A stretch of DNA of 64,000 nt from a virus (IMGVR_UViG_3300014206_000007:64001-128000); one strand, 5' to 3'. Shown: positions 10,538 to 21,656, counted from the stretch's first letter. Notes: generated from the sequence alone by a model not told the origin. Translations and numbers: made by a program.

Positions 10538-11209
10538 TTATAAATCATACACATCATCCGATGAGGCCATAATAGAAGATTCTAATTTCTCACCTATTAC
10601 ATTATCAGGATCTGCTTCTTCAATAATGAGTGTATATTTAAGATTTAATGCATCACAACCTCTATCAAATAATAATATTGATAAAGTATTTGTTCCTTTA
10701 ATTACCTGTTTAAAATTAAAAAGTGCATTCTTATCCAAAAATCTATGTCTATATTGATCTATATCGATATTCTTTTCAATAAGAGCTTTCTTTATCAATC
10801 TTTTAAGTATATCATCTTCCTTATTAATAACAGGAATAAATAACTTAGATGATTCTGGTACTGGTACTAAAATCTTTTCTTTAGTGTTTATCATTTCAAT
10901 AATTTTATTAGGGTCTATTGAAGAAATTTTATCTTCATAAGAATAGTATTTTCTCTCTTCATCCGTCATTGGTTTAAATAGATAATTTTTATTATTACAT
11001 CTATATATTCCAGGTTCGCGTTCAACACCTTCTTTTTGCAATTCCTTTTCTGTTATTTCTCCTCTATAAATATAGAAATAGTCCCCATCTAAATATGCAA
11101 TTCCTTTTTCAAAGATGTCATTATTTTCATTATAAATTTTGATGTTAAGAATCTCATCATTCGTAATTAATAATGCATCACTTGAATATACTTTTGAATT
11201 TTCTTCCAT
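10538..11209 (-). CDS. hypothetical protein
   Basis: ORF; start moved to MEENSK on the basis of an AAGGAG RBS. Confidence 0.65.
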   Translation of the reverse strand: MEENSKVYSSDALLITNDEILNIKIYNENNDIFEKGIAYLDGDYFYIYRGEITEKELQKEGVEREPGIYRCNNKNYLFKPMTDEERKYYSYEDKISSIDPNKIIEMINTKEKILVPVPESSKLFIPVINKEDDILKRLIKKALIEKNIDIDQYRHRFLDKNALFNFKQVIKGTNTLSILLFDRGCDALNLKYTLIIEEADPDNVIGEKLESSIMASSDDVYDL

Positions 11210-11237
11210 AAAATCTTTATATCTCCTTCCATATAGT

Positions 11238-11888
11238 TTATTTATCAAATGGTGATTTAGTATTTTTATTATTGTTATTATTACTGAAACCACCAGTATT
11301 ATCTTGGATTAAGTCATTTCTCTTTGCATAATCCATTGCTGTTAAGCATTCTATAATTTCTTCATTAAATGAAAAATCTTTTAAAAATCCAAGAACCATT
11401 TCTACTTCTTCTTTGGTCATAATGATAACATTTACACTATTATTTATATATAAATGAATTCCTTCATATCGTTTATCATTAAAAACGACAACTGTCGGAA
11501 TAGCTTTCATTACAGTATTTTCATTTAATGTCTTTGCTGTTATTGTGTATAAACTATTATAATCTGAATTAAAAATCAGTTCATTTTCTTCATTAATTAG
11601 AAATAGATCTTTCTTATCTTCATCATAAAACCATGTTACGATGGTATTAAAAAATTTCAAAACTCGATATAAGTTTCTTGGCGTTATCCTATAACTTCTT
11701 TCCTGCATAGTAGAAAAGTCTTCATTATAACTTGCAGTATTCAACTGTCTTAAAGTTAATATCGGATTAACTTGTATATTATAATTCTCTTTGTATTTTT
11801 CAACCTTTGGTTCATACATAAAAAATTCCAGTATATATCTGGTGTTTTTATATAAAACTTTCTTTATAGTTCGGTCCACAGTTGCCAT
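11238..11888 (-). CDS. hypothetical protein
   Basis: 216-aa ORF with GGAGG RBS. Confidence 0.7.
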   Translation of the reverse strand: MATVDRTIKKVLYKNTRYILEFFMYEPKVEKYKENYNIQVNPILTLRQLNTASYNEDFSTMQERSYRITPRNLYRVLKFFNTIVTWFYDEDKKDLFLINEENELIFNSDYNSLYTITAKTLNENTVMKAIPTVVVFNDKRYEGIHLYINNSVNVIIMTKEEVEMVLGFLKDFSFNEEIIECLTAMDYAKRNDLIQDNTGGFSNNNNNKNTKSPFDK

Positions 11889-11984
11889 TGTAGCCCTCCT
11901 CGATTATTAATTATATAAATAGTATAATATATCTCCCATTATACTATTTATATAATTATTTTATTAGTAATTATTTTTAATATT

Positions 11985-12290
11985 TTACTTGGTCTGAATT
12001 ATGCACGATTCATATGTCATATTACTTTCAAGCATATGTCCTTTACTTTTTTCATGCATTTCTTTAAGTTTTTCTCTATCGACCTTTTCTTTAGGATATT
12101 TGATATACCAGCCATGCCTTGCCCAATCATAATGAGCTAGGATACTTACAAAATTACTATCTGTAAGATTTGCCCCGTCTTCATAATATAGCCTATCGTT
12201 ATAAGCGTGCATACTTTGATCATTTGAAAATGTCGGATGTGTAACAAAATTTCCTTCATGTGCTGATTGGAATGCATCTGCTAATTTCAT
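11985..12290 (-). CDS. hypothetical protein
   Basis: ORF with RBS. Confidence 0.6.
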   Translation of the reverse strand: MKLADAFQSAHEGNFVTHPTFSNDQSMHAYNDRLYYEDGANLTDSNFVSILAHYDWARHGWYIKYPKEKVDREKLKEMHEKSKGHMLESNMTYESCIIQTK

Positions 12291-12319
12291 ATTTAGTTCC
12301 TCTTTCTTAATTAGTTTTA

Positions 12320-12580
12320 TTAATCTTTTTTAAAAGCGTGTGTTAAACTCTTCCACGCATTTGTCTCCATAAAGTATAATTTTGTATCTGGATAACTTTT
12401 GTATTTTTTCTTTAATCTTTTGATATTGTTATAATGTTTATTATTGCATTCATCTTTTACTAATTTCTTTACTTTAGTAATATCAGTTCCATATATATCT
12501 AGTATAATTGCGTGTTTATCAAAAAATTCTTCTTTTTCTATAGTTAGTTTATTGTGTTTTTTAATTTGTCTTTTATTCAT
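12320..12580 (-). CDS. small basic hypothetical protein
   Basis: ORF overlapping the stop codon of the upstream gene by 4 nt. Confidence 0.5.
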   Translation of the reverse strand: MNKRQIKKHNKLTIEKEEFFDKHAIILDIYGTDITKVKKLVKDECNNKHYNNIKRLKKKYKSYPDTKLYFMETNAWKSLTHAFKKD

Positions 12581-13068
12581 AGTATTATATCTCGATCAAA
12601 AATTACTTTACAAATCGCATCATCATTCGGTTCTCCATATATATCTATTAATAAGTCCTTAATCTTTTCCCACTCTTCAACCGTACATCCGATGTCTAAA
12701 TTCTCATCCTTAAATATAGCCGTATAATCCGAATATATTTCATGGATATATCTTAAAGCTTTTTCGAGTGCAGGCATGTCACTCATATAAAGTTCATCAC
12801 CTTCATCCAACATGTTTACATGTGAATATACTCTTGCTAATAGAAGTCCTGATCTAATATAATGAACTTCTACACTTCCTAGTTCATTATCCTTCATGGT
12901 ATGTTTTTTATAGACCTCTGGATAATTTTTCTTTAGATACTTCACCGCTTCGTGATTGTCATTATTTTGTGGTGGTAAACACACACATATGATGGTGTTA
13001 TTCTTAAATGTCTGACTGTAATCAATACCTCGTAAATTTTTTACCATACTTAGCTCTTTAAATAACAT
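12577..13068 (-). CDS. degenerate macrodomain-like (Poa1p/DarG-like) protein
   Basis: LKKNYPEVY..LG..LLARVYS..SDMPALEKAL..IGC..EWEKIKDLL follows the macrodomain C-terminal pattern; N-terminal GDI and GxG motifs not evident. Confidence 0.45.
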   Translation of the reverse strand: MLFKELSMVKNLRGIDYSQTFKNNTIICVCLPPQNNDNHEAVKYLKKNYPEVYKKHTMKDNELGSVEVHYIRSGLLLARVYSHVNMLDEGDELYMSDMPALEKALRYIHEIYSDYTAIFKDENLDIGCTVEEWEKIKDLLIDIYGEPNDDAICKVIFDRDIIL

Positions 13069-13192
13069 TGATTTGACCCCCGTCTTTAATTTTATTTTTT
13101 AATCGTTTAATACGATTATAGAATGGTTTATCTATAATTATATTAAAATTTTACTCATAAAAATAATATATCGTTATTATACATAACATGAA

Positions 13193-14656
13193 TTATGTAT
13201 AATAACGAAGTTTTGACACTTTTTTAATCTTAGTTTCATTTAAATATTGAAGTCTGGTTTTAAGTTTTTTCATGCAATATGGAAATCCTCTATCGATTAT
13301 CATGAAGTAAAATACATCACTTCCATCTTCTAGAGGTCTTGCTCTTCCTGCAGCCTGATTATCTTCAATCTTATTTGATTGATTTAATGATAATACATAT
13401 TTAATATGACTCACATCTAATCCAGTTCCAAATGAACTATATGTCGATACAATAATATCAGAATAGTTTTTAGTATATTCTTTTTCTTCTGCATTTACCT
13501 TACTATGGAATCTACCAACAATTTTATTTGGATATTTATCTTTAATATAATCGGTCATTATATCCACATGCTCTATATGATTTAATAATATAAGAATTTT
13601 ATATTTATCTTTAATAGCAAATATTGGCTTTAATACAAAATCTACTACATCAAAAATAATCTTTTTCTTAAATTGATATTCCATATATAGCTGTGCACTA
13701 AATCCGTATCGATTATATATAGTTGGAGATTCTTCCATTGTCGGATGGGAATTATATTCAACTACTACTGCTTGAGTATATCTCATCGTTTCTTTGAATT
13801 TTTCATCTGGAGTTATGATTGGAACCTTATAAAAAATTTTAAAATACTTCTGCTCTAACTCTGGATCAGCTTGACCAAAGTCCGCTGATAAATAGAGTGT
13901 ATACCTAGTATTAGTTGAAGCATTAATCTTAATTAAGTTCGCCATATTCCGATGTGCTTCATCAAATATCTTTAATCCTATACCAATCTTATTAAATATG
14001 ATATTTAACTTGTCATATCCTTTTTTATTACAAAACGATGTTAATATCTTTGGGGTACATAGAAAAATATCATATTTTTTATAATCAAATGTATCATCTA
14101 AAATTCCTTGTAATATCTTAGATGAATCAATTAATAATAAGCGATCTGGAGGAAAAGTAGTTTTCTTTTTTATAGTCTTCATCCATTGTGATAGTATCTC
14201 TACTGAAAAACACATTATCATTGTCTTATAATTGAATATTGAAGATAAATAAATACTCAATAAAGTTTTTCCGTAGGCAGTCTGTAAATGAACAAACCAT
14301 TCTTTTTCATTTTTCATATTTAATATTTTACTGATTATATCATATTGAATATCAGTTGGAGTTATTGAACTATCCAGCCCAAATTCATGAGAAATTTTAG
14401 TTGATGTAGTTTCTTTCATATATTCTACTTCATACTCAGGGAATAAATTTTGAATATATTTTACATTTTGCTGATGTGTTATAAATGCATCTTTTTCATC
14501 GTCATATTTCAATACAAAACCAGTAACTTCGTTACGCTTATGATAAACTTCATCGTACATCGAAGTTAAATGCTCTAATTGGGAGCAATCTTTTCTATTA
14601 TATGGAGTAATTGTAACTCCATTGTTACTAATATATATCTTTCCTTTAAAGTTCAT
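13193..14656 (-). CDS. superfamily 2 helicase (UvsW/phiKZ gp75-like)
   Basis: TAYGKT, DEAH, LSA, TGLD and QAAGRAR motifs; follows RNAP beta'-C as in phiKZ. Confidence 0.85.
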   Translation of the reverse strand: MNFKGKIYISNNGVTITPYNRKDCSQLEHLTSMYDEVYHKRNEVTGFVLKYDDEKDAFITHQQNVKYIQNLFPEYEVEYMKETTSTKISHEFGLDSSITPTDIQYDIISKILNMKNEKEWFVHLQTAYGKTLLSIYLSSIFNYKTMIMCFSVEILSQWMKTIKKKTTFPPDRLLLIDSSKILQGILDDTFDYKKYDIFLCTPKILTSFCNKKGYDKLNIIFNKIGIGLKIFDEAHRNMANLIKINASTNTRYTLYLSADFGQADPELEQKYFKIFYKVPIITPDEKFKETMRYTQAVVVEYNSHPTMEESPTIYNRYGFSAQLYMEYQFKKKIIFDVVDFVLKPIFAIKDKYKILILLNHIEHVDIMTDYIKDKYPNKIVGRFHSKVNAEEKEYTKNYSDIIVSTYSSFGTGLDVSHIKYVLSLNQSNKIEDNQAAGRARPLEDGSDVFYFMIIDRGFPYCMKKLKTRLQYLNETKIKKVSKLRYYT

Positions 14657-14691
14657 TTTACCACCACCTTTCTAGTAAAATAATGTATATT

Positions 14692-14733
14692 TATATGTAG
14701 AGAGGCATTTAATTAAATGCCTCTCTACATATA
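14692..14733. repeat. 42-bp perfect palindrome
   Basis: tatatgtagagaggcatttaa|ttaaatgcctctctacatata. Confidence 0.9.
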
Positions 14734-14792
14734 TTGTTATTAATATATATACTTTTTCATTTTACTCATCCTTTCTAGTAAAATAATTTATA

Positions 14793-16799
14793 TCATTGGT
14801 CTATATATTTCGATAATTGTGGTACAAATAATGAATCTATATGAGATGGAGCATTTCGTTGATATAGTTCCGGCGAAATTAATTGTCGTCTTAAATCTCC
14901 GAATGATAATGCTATTAATGGAGATGGATTTTTAAATAATGCTGAAGTTAATCTCATTATTTGATAATCTTGATGGTCGCCATTCCTACCCCAATTTGGA
15001 AATTCTAGTTCATTACTTTTCTTTCTTAATAATCCACGAATAATCGTTTCTGCGTGTACTAAGTCATTTGTAATACCCATCTTAATTAAATTCTCAGCGA
15101 ATAATTGGCATACTTCTGATAAGGTTGTAGCACCTAACTTATCATTTGAATTTAATAATTTCTGAATAATTTTAAATGGTGCAGTTAATTCTTTATTCTT
15201 AATTTCTACTGTAAATAAAACTGAATCTGAATCAAATTCATCTAGACTTATCGGCTTAGATTTATCTTTCAACTTTTTATACATAGTTAATAACTGCTCT
15301 GATAAAAAGAAGTTTGAATTATTCTGCTCAGATATATTATAAACACATTGTCCTTTATCATCAACAACTTTAAAAGTGTCTACAAAATATGATTCTAAAT
15401 CATCACTTTCTTCAATCTGTACATTGTCTAGAAGAATATATAATTCTTCATCATTAGCTGCTTCATCCTTTAATATAATTTCGTTTGATGATAATTCAAA
15501 TACGTCATCAAATTCATTATTAAATGCTATTAGATCAGATGTAGTTTTCTGAGAGTGTTTAGATCCAAGAATGCTTTGACCAAACGGATTACTTGTTTTA
15601 GTTGCTGCTAATGACCCAACACTAAACATATCAAAGTTGATATCAAATAAATGGCCATAGCAGTATTTACAAATTCCTTCATGACTATTACATGTGCATG
15701 GAGATCTGAATGGAATCATTTTTCCAATAAGATGTTTATCCTTTTGATAGTCTAATATTTTCATCTCACCATATTTATCATAGTAATATCTTCCATTTAA
15801 TAATTTTAAGAAGAGGTCATCGTTAATTTTGTAAGTAACAAAATCAACTGAGTCACATCTCTCATAATCTTTTCTTAAAATACCTGGTGATGTTGCAAGA
15901 AGATTTAATTTCTTACTAAATGCACCTGGAGTAGACATTTGAGTCTTTGTTAATATTAAAGCTTTTCTACCACTTAGGGCATTGATATAAATATATGATG
16001 GTTTATTTAATCCAGTCACCATAAAGTTTGCATCAATTGCCATTGGTATTGTATTACCATTAATATCTGCCTTTAATCCTATCTTGATAATAATCTCTCT
16101 AAATTGAGCTTCAGATAGATTCTTTCCTGATAAGAATATTGGCTTCAAATCATTAAATTCTGTGTCATTGATAACTAATTCGATCATACGTTTAGTTCTT
16201 CGTTCGATATCTGCCTCAATCTCAATTGGTTGAGAAGTATTATCTATCGTACCATGAATTAAATTAGTCATTTCCGGATTACGTTTTTCCATTTGTCTTA
16301 TATCATAAATGGATATACCCATTCCCATTAATAAGCAGAATGCATTTGCTATTGCAGTTATATTATAGCAGATATCATCTACTATTTTATTCTTTGATGT
16401 GAATTCGCCTTCATGATATGGAAGAATTTTATGATTAATATAATCAATTAAATAATTCATATTGAATTTGGTGAAATCGAATATAAAGCTTTCGTCTAAG
16501 ACTTCTATTCTATCCATGTCCACAAATGGATACCATAAAATTAGATTTGATAGAAAATGACGAATCTCCATTTCATGCATCTTCTCATCATTTGCCCTAA
16601 TTTTAAACTTGATTGGCATTGTACGAATTTCCTTAATTTCAAATCCCCACTTCATTATATCTAATAAGTCTTGGTATATAAATCTATGAGTTCTCTTTGA
16701 TTCCAAAATATCTTCAAGAATTAAATACATTCCAGGATTATATTTGTCGAGTAACTCTGCTAAGCTTTTTAATGGCTTATTATAGTAATCTATACTCAT
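14793..16799 (-). CDS. phage RNA polymerase beta'-like subunit, C-terminal part (probably non-virion RNAP)
   Basis: bridge-helix-like TPGAFSKKL, zinc site C..RSPCTC..ICKYCYG, trigger-loop-like VGSLAA..Q..L..KH; start moved to MSIDYY by RBS. Confidence 0.85.
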   Translation of the reverse strand: MSIDYYNKPLKSLAELLDKYNPGMYLILEDILESKRTHRFIYQDLLDIMKWGFEIKEIRTMPIKFKIRANDEKMHEMEIRHFLSNLILWYPFVDMDRIEVLDESFIFDFTKFNMNYLIDYINHKILPYHEGEFTSKNKIVDDICYNITAIANAFCLLMGMGISIYDIRQMEKRNPEMTNLIHGTIDNTSQPIEIEADIERRTKRMIELVINDTEFNDLKPIFLSGKNLSEAQFREIIIKIGLKADINGNTIPMAIDANFMVTGLNKPSYIYINALSGRKALILTKTQMSTPGAFSKKLNLLATSPGILRKDYERCDSVDFVTYKINDDLFLKLLNGRYYYDKYGEMKILDYQKDKHLIGKMIPFRSPCTCNSHEGICKYCYGHLFDINFDMFSVGSLAATKTSNPFGQSILGSKHSQKTTSDLIAFNNEFDDVFELSSNEIILKDEAANDEELYILLDNVQIEESDDLESYFVDTFKVVDDKGQCVYNISEQNNSNFFLSEQLLTMYKKLKDKSKPISLDEFDSDSVLFTVEIKNKELTAPFKIIQKLLNSNDKLGATTLSEVCQLFAENLIKMGITNDLVHAETIIRGLLRKKSNELEFPNWGRNGDHQDYQIMRLTSALFKNPSPLIALSFGDLRRQLISPELYQRNAPSHIDSLFVPQLSKYIDQ

Positions 16800-16971
16800 T
16801 CTATGTCTCCTCTTATTTAAGTTTATTTTAATCAAATTAAAATATATTTTTGGATACAAATTATTAAACCCAAACTCCTTTATATATTTTAATTTTAATC
16901 AATATATTTAAAGTTATAGTAAACTATTTTATTAGTTTACTATAACTTTATTCTTTTTTTTGCGTTATAGT

Positions 16972-17133
16972 TTATACTGCTGAAATAACACATTCCGATG
17001 GTTTTAATGTCACCGGATCTTTATTTATATTCATATTCACTTCCTGAATACCATTGTCTATAAGTACCTGTATAATTTGCGATTGTATAGAAACTAGTTT
17101 ATCAGTTGGAACGTTTTGTATTATAATTTTCAT
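16972..17133 (-). CDS. 53-aa hypothetical protein (not in the ORF track)
   Basis: ATG to TAA ORF MKIIIQNVPTDK..., GGAG RBS. Confidence 0.5.
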   Translation of the reverse strand: MKIIIQNVPTDKLVSIQSQIIQVLIDNGIQEVNMNINKDPVTLKPSECVISAV

Positions 17134-17171
17134 ACTCAATTCTCCGTTTACTTTAATAATATTAATCTAGT

Positions 17172-17948
17172 TTATTTTAAATTCTTAGCAATCGTTAATA
17201 AAACATTATCAGCAATATCATTGATTTTAAATAACCCCCCATCATTAGTTGAGCATGGGATGAAATTATAATAATATTCCGGATACTCAGATTTTATATA
17301 TGAATCTTCATATAATTTAAAAATTTGCTGAAAATTAGATATATTAGTTAAGAAGTCCATGTTTGATTCATACTTATCTTTATCAGTATTACGTGTATCT
17401 AATAATTTTATATTGGTATTGATATCAGGATGATATAATACAATATTTATGATTGCATTTGAATATTCTGATAAATATGAATTGTCAATTTCTAACTTTT
17501 TCATAAGTTTTATATAATCTAATATCTTTTCCATATTCTTCTTAACTGATTCTGGTGTAATTTTACCATTTTCAGTTGCATATCTGCTTGCTTGGAAAAA
17601 GAAATTTGACATATATGAACGATCTGATATTACTAACGCATCAATACCTTTATTTGAAAAATCATCTAGTCTTTCCTTCATATCTGAAACACGATATCCA
17701 ATTAATCTATCAACTGTATAGCATAATGATGTTGCTATTGGATCAACTGTAAATGGATCATCTACAAGTCTTCCCATTAGTAAATCATTAATTAGTTTCC
17801 CAGTTGCTAAATCATAATTTGGCGTTTTCATTAATATGAAATTTTCATTATTTCTAAATAACTTGTTGCACATGGTATTGATAATACTACTTTTTCCTGT
17901 TCCATCTATTCCTTCAATATTTACAATTGCTATATTACCTTTTTTCAT
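17172..17948 (-). CDS. tmk: thymidylate (dTMP/dUMP) kinase family protein
   Basis: P-loop IEGIDGTGKS, DRS motif; start MKKGN chosen by RBS. Confidence 0.8.
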   Translation of the reverse strand: MKKGNIAIVNIEGIDGTGKSSIINTMCNKLFRNNENFILMKTPNYDLATGKLINDLLMGRLVDDPFTVDPIATSLCYTVDRLIGYRVSDMKERLDDFSNKGIDALVISDRSYMSNFFFQASRYATENGKITPESVKKNMEKILDYIKLMKKLEIDNSYLSEYSNAIINIVLYHPDINTNIKLLDTRNTDKDKYESNMDFLTNISNFQQIFKLYEDSYIKSEYPEYYYNFIPCSTNDGGLFKINDIADNVLLTIAKNLK

Positions 17949-17961
17949 ATCCATTCTCCCT

Positions 17962-19671
17962 CTAATTTTCTTCCCTTTCAATAATATTGATTGGCTCATA
18001 TACAAGATATTCGTTAAACGGATTATTTTCTTGCATACTTTCTAGATAAGTATCAAAGTCTGAAACATCTAATACTATATCCATATGCTCTTCTTCTTTT
18101 AATACTTTATCAAAAAGATATCTCGCATCACACGGTTCTCTCTCTGGAGTAAAATAGAAGTCGTCATATAACTTTACAAATGGTGTGAAACTTCCACTCA
18201 TACCAACATCACTATTTGAGCTAGTTGTTAAATCGAGAACTCCCACCATAGATGGATGTAAGTACCTATATTTAGTCGCTATCATTTTTGATGATGCCTC
18301 TCCTAAACTATTTGGCCCTTTCGCTGAATATGATATATCTGATAAAAATGTTAAGTCATTAACTAAATCATCAGATTTTAGTAAGTCATTTAAATTCCTC
18401 ATACCTGAAAAGATTATATCACTATTAAAATTAAATAATTCTAATAGAGTGTCCATAGTGTTCATTTTGGATTTTGATTTCTTCTCAATGAGTTTATTTA
18501 AATTCTCATTTATCTTCTTCCCTAAAGAAGAGTTCACTATGTATTCATTTCTTCTTATTCGTTTATTATACATATCTATATTGGTTCTTGTCTTCAAATT
18601 ATCAAAATTTGTTATGATCCAATAAAGAAGATAGTATATGTTATGTTTATATATATGGGGTAATCGGAGATTATTGATAGTTGTATTATCCAATAATCTT
18701 TCTATCATATATATAGTAGTAATTCCTTTTTCTTTAAAAGTTGTGATACTTTTATTCTTTCCACTTCCACCAATAAATCCAATTCTACAAATCCAATACA
18801 ATCTATCTTCTAATGAATTTCTAGTAACTGGATAATATTTTGATTTCAGGTTACATACCATGCATACAAATGAACGTACTAGTTCATATTTATCATAAAG
18901 ATATTTATCAACTTTGACGTAAATTTCATCTACTTGGAAAATGTAATATTTCTCTCTATCACTTTCTTTAAAATCGTCACCGATAAATACAATATCTTTC
19001 ATCCCGAAAAATTCACGAGTTTTATTAAAACCCATCTTTGCTGCATAAATCATAATTGGATTTATGAATTTTGTCATATTTTTTGATCCGGGCTTTTTAG
19101 ATTTTGCACTTAATGCATATGAGTATGATGGCATAACAAATTCATTTCCATCAATATCTTCTATTCGACGATGTTTATTGTGATATATAATGATAGGCAT
19201 TCTAGATTTTAATGTTATCTTACCTCTTTGTGAATATGTGGAGGCATCAATTAATTGCCAGATTGCTTTCATTTTCTTATTATTGTTAACATAGTATCCA
19301 TCTTCAGACTGAAGAGGGATTAAAATTCTTTTTGTAATAACCTTTTCACTTATGTTTGTCGCAATCCTAATTGTAAATATGATTTCGCCGAATTTATTAT
19401 CGGCAATGTATTTATTCTTAGGAATCTCTATGGAGTCGATGTCTTTTTTCTTAAAATTGATATTTACTAAGTGAGCATTAATGTCCACTTCATCTTGATT
19501 TTCTATTACCTCGATATTTTCTATCTTAATATTTTCTACCGCTTCAAATTCCTTCATTGCAGTAATAACAAAGTCCACAATAGGTTTATCATGTGTACCT
19601 AAAATGAATTCATTATTAAATTCATCCTCATGGTTATGGGGATATAATGCGATATAGTTTAACATTGACAA
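17962..19671 (-). CDS. phage RNA polymerase beta-like subunit, N-terminal part (probably non-virion RNAP)
   Basis: IPLQSEDGYY..WQL and RYLHPSMVGVLD..SSNSDVGMSG match beta conserved regions. Confidence 0.8.
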   Translation of the reverse strand: MSMLNYIALYPHNHEDEFNNEFILGTHDKPIVDFVITAMKEFEAVENIKIENIEVIENQDEVDINAHLVNINFKKKDIDSIEIPKNKYIADNKFGEIIFTIRIATNISEKVITKRILIPLQSEDGYYVNNNKKMKAIWQLIDASTYSQRGKITLKSRMPIIIYHNKHRRIEDIDGNEFVMPSYSYALSAKSKKPGSKNMTKFINPIMIYAAKMGFNKTREFFGMKDIVFIGDDFKESDREKYYIFQVDEIYVKVDKYLYDKYELVRSFVCMVCNLKSKYYPVTRNSLEDRLYWICRIGFIGGSGKNKSITTFKEKGITTIYMIERLLDNTTINNLRLPHIYKHNIYYLLYWIITNFDNLKTRTNIDMYNKRIRRNEYIVNSSLGKKINENLNKLIEKKSKSKMNTMDTLLELFNFNSDIIFSGMRNLNDLLKSDDLVNDLTFLSDISYSAKGPNSLGEASSKMIATKYRYLHPSMVGVLDLTTSSNSDVGMSGSFTPFVKLYDDFYFTPEREPCDARYLFDKVLKEEEHMDIVLDVSDFDTYLESMQENNPFNEYLVYEPINIIEREEN

Positions 19672-19748
19672 ATTCCTCCTAATTTATAATTAAAAAATAA
19701 AAGGAAGAGACTTAATAAATATTTATCTCTCCCACCTTACATATGAGC

Positions 19749-20174
19749 CTATTGAAATACTATTTTAGAAATCGTTTTAATTTCATTTGTTGGATTAAAT
19801 GTAATATCTAACTCTAAAATAGATTTATCTTCAATATCTATATTATATAATTTATCTTTTAATGTTAACGATAAGGAACCATCTTTTACATATGGTTCAT
19901 CCTCATCATCTATTAGGGATTTATCTATTAAGTCACTTGTATTAAATGTGAATATAGCAAAATTAACTGTCTTATGCTCCAATGCCCTAGCTTCTTCATA
20001 TGATAGTGAATTAATGAGATACTGAACTGCATCTTCATGTGAAATTGAAAAGATGTCGCAGTTTATATTAACATCCATCTCTTCACCGTCTTTTAGTATA
20101 AATGCTTTATACAATTTTATTTTTTTCTTTTTTATAAATTCTTTTGGCAGATCGATATCCGCAATTGTTTTCAT
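19749..20174 (-). CDS. hypothetical protein
   Basis: ORF with RBS. Confidence 0.6.
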   Translation of the reverse strand: MKTIADIDLPKEFIKKKKIKLYKAFILKDGEEMDVNINCDIFSISHEDAVQYLINSLSYEEARALEHKTVNFAIFTFNTSDLIDKSLIDDEDEPYVKDGSLSLTLKDKLYNIDIEDKSILELDITFNPTNEIKTISKIVFQ

Positions 20175-20202
20175 GGATGTATTCCCCCTATAAAGATTTT
20201 TA

Positions 20203-20988
20203 TTAATCTTCTAACTCTTCTGCTTCTGTCGTTTCGTCGGACTTTATTAATAATTTTGCATTCATTCCTGGTCTCATTGTTAATAATATTTCATCACCTT
20301 TCATTAATGCATGAAATTCGATATTGTCATTAAAATTAACTGATGCGGATGGCTTATTAGTAAGTTTTAGCTTCTCAATTAGATATTTGAATATATTCTT
20401 TATAAATACATACGCGATTGTGATTGTTGCTGCTGATTTATCTGGAATATTAATTGTATATTTATCAGATAAATCTAATCTTGTCGCTTTTTCGATTTTA
20501 AATAATCTTTCGATTTCTTTCTGTGAATCGAAATAATCATTTTTGACAAATTTGCCAGTAGTAGGGTCTGGATAAAGTAATAGTTCTAAGCGTGGTTTAA
20601 CTCCACTATCTTCAGCTATATCTTTATCATAAGTTTCAATGATTCTTTGTGCTTCTTTTCCTGGTTTAAAGCTAATATTTATATTACCTTCTTTTTCTGC
20701 ATCTTCATTTCTCTTAACAGTTATAGATACAGTAAATAAATCGAAGAAATTCAATGGTCCATTTTGCTGATCACTTGTAATTTCATATGCTAACGATTTG
20801 ATAAGAGTTTCTATTAGCACATTTGCAGTTGTATTATTCTGCCAATCGTGCTCAGTGAATATTTTATATATATTCCTTACGTCTTCTTTAGTCTTTCTAT
20901 CGATATTTAGGATAGATAATCTCGTTTCTTCATCTTGTGGGATGATGTAAAGCCTCTCATTCATAATAAAATTGTTGTCATTAAACAT
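20203..20988 (-). CDS. hypothetical protein
   Basis: 261-aa ORF, AGGAG RBS, early motif at 21064-21072. Confidence 0.7.
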   Translation of the reverse strand: MFNDNNFIMNERLYIIPQDEETRLSILNIDRKTKEDVRNIYKIFTEHDWQNNTTANVLIETLIKSLAYEITSDQQNGPLNFFDLFTVSITVKRNEDAEKEGNINISFKPGKEAQRIIETYDKDIAEDSGVKPRLELLLYPDPTTGKFVKNDYFDSQKEIERLFKIEKATRLDLSDKYTINIPDKSAATITIAYVFIKNIFKYLIEKLKLTNKPSASVNFNDNIEFHALMKGDEILLTMRPGMNAKLLIKSDETTEAEELED

Positions 20989-21109
20989 TTTTCATTTCTC
21001 CTTTTCATTTTATTAATTTAAATTTTAATTTTAGGTGTTGATTAATTTCGTGTTTCCATAGAAATAATATATCATCAATATTGGTTTAAAAAAATATAGG
21101 GCTAAACCC

Positions 21110-21634
21110 CTATATTTCTGATTTAATCACTACTATTGGTAATGATAAATCCTCCTTAACTTCTGGACAAAAAATTGAGCAGACCTCATTATCGTTACTC
21201 AACTTATTAACTGAATATGGATTTGTAAATACATATACTGCCACTTCAATTAATAATGTTGTATTAGTTCCACGTACCACCTCATATTTATCAGAAATAT
21301 CTTTAGTAAATTCATCTAGAGCATATTTCCTTTTAATGTTCGGTGATAAAGTTCCACCGTATGGGTATAGTACTACATTGACATACTTAACTTCATATAA
21401 AATATTGTGAATTATTATCTTAGAAAATTCACCAATCTTATATTCATCATTATCAAGTTTATCATTATACAACACAAATTTCCCAGTTTTGTTAATTCTT
21501 GCTACTAATCCATATGGAAATCTAACTATATTTACATCTGGATCATTAATATCAGAGACTACTAATGTATTTATTAGTAGTCTATCTGTATTTAATAACT
21601 CTTTTTTAAATAGTGTTGGATTATTGATAACCAT
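21110..21634 (-). CDS. hypothetical protein
   Basis: ORF with RBS. Confidence 0.6.
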   Translation of the reverse strand: MVINNPTLFKKELLNTDRLLINTLVVSDINDPDVNIVRFPYGLVARINKTGKFVLYNDKLDNDEYKIGEFSKIIIHNILYEVKYVNVVLYPYGGTLSPNIKRKYALDEFTKDISDKYEVVRGTNTTLLIEVAVYVFTNPYSVNKLSNDNEVCSIFCPEVKEDLSLPIVVIKSEI

Positions 21635-21656
21635 AGTATCCCCCTAAATTATTTAC

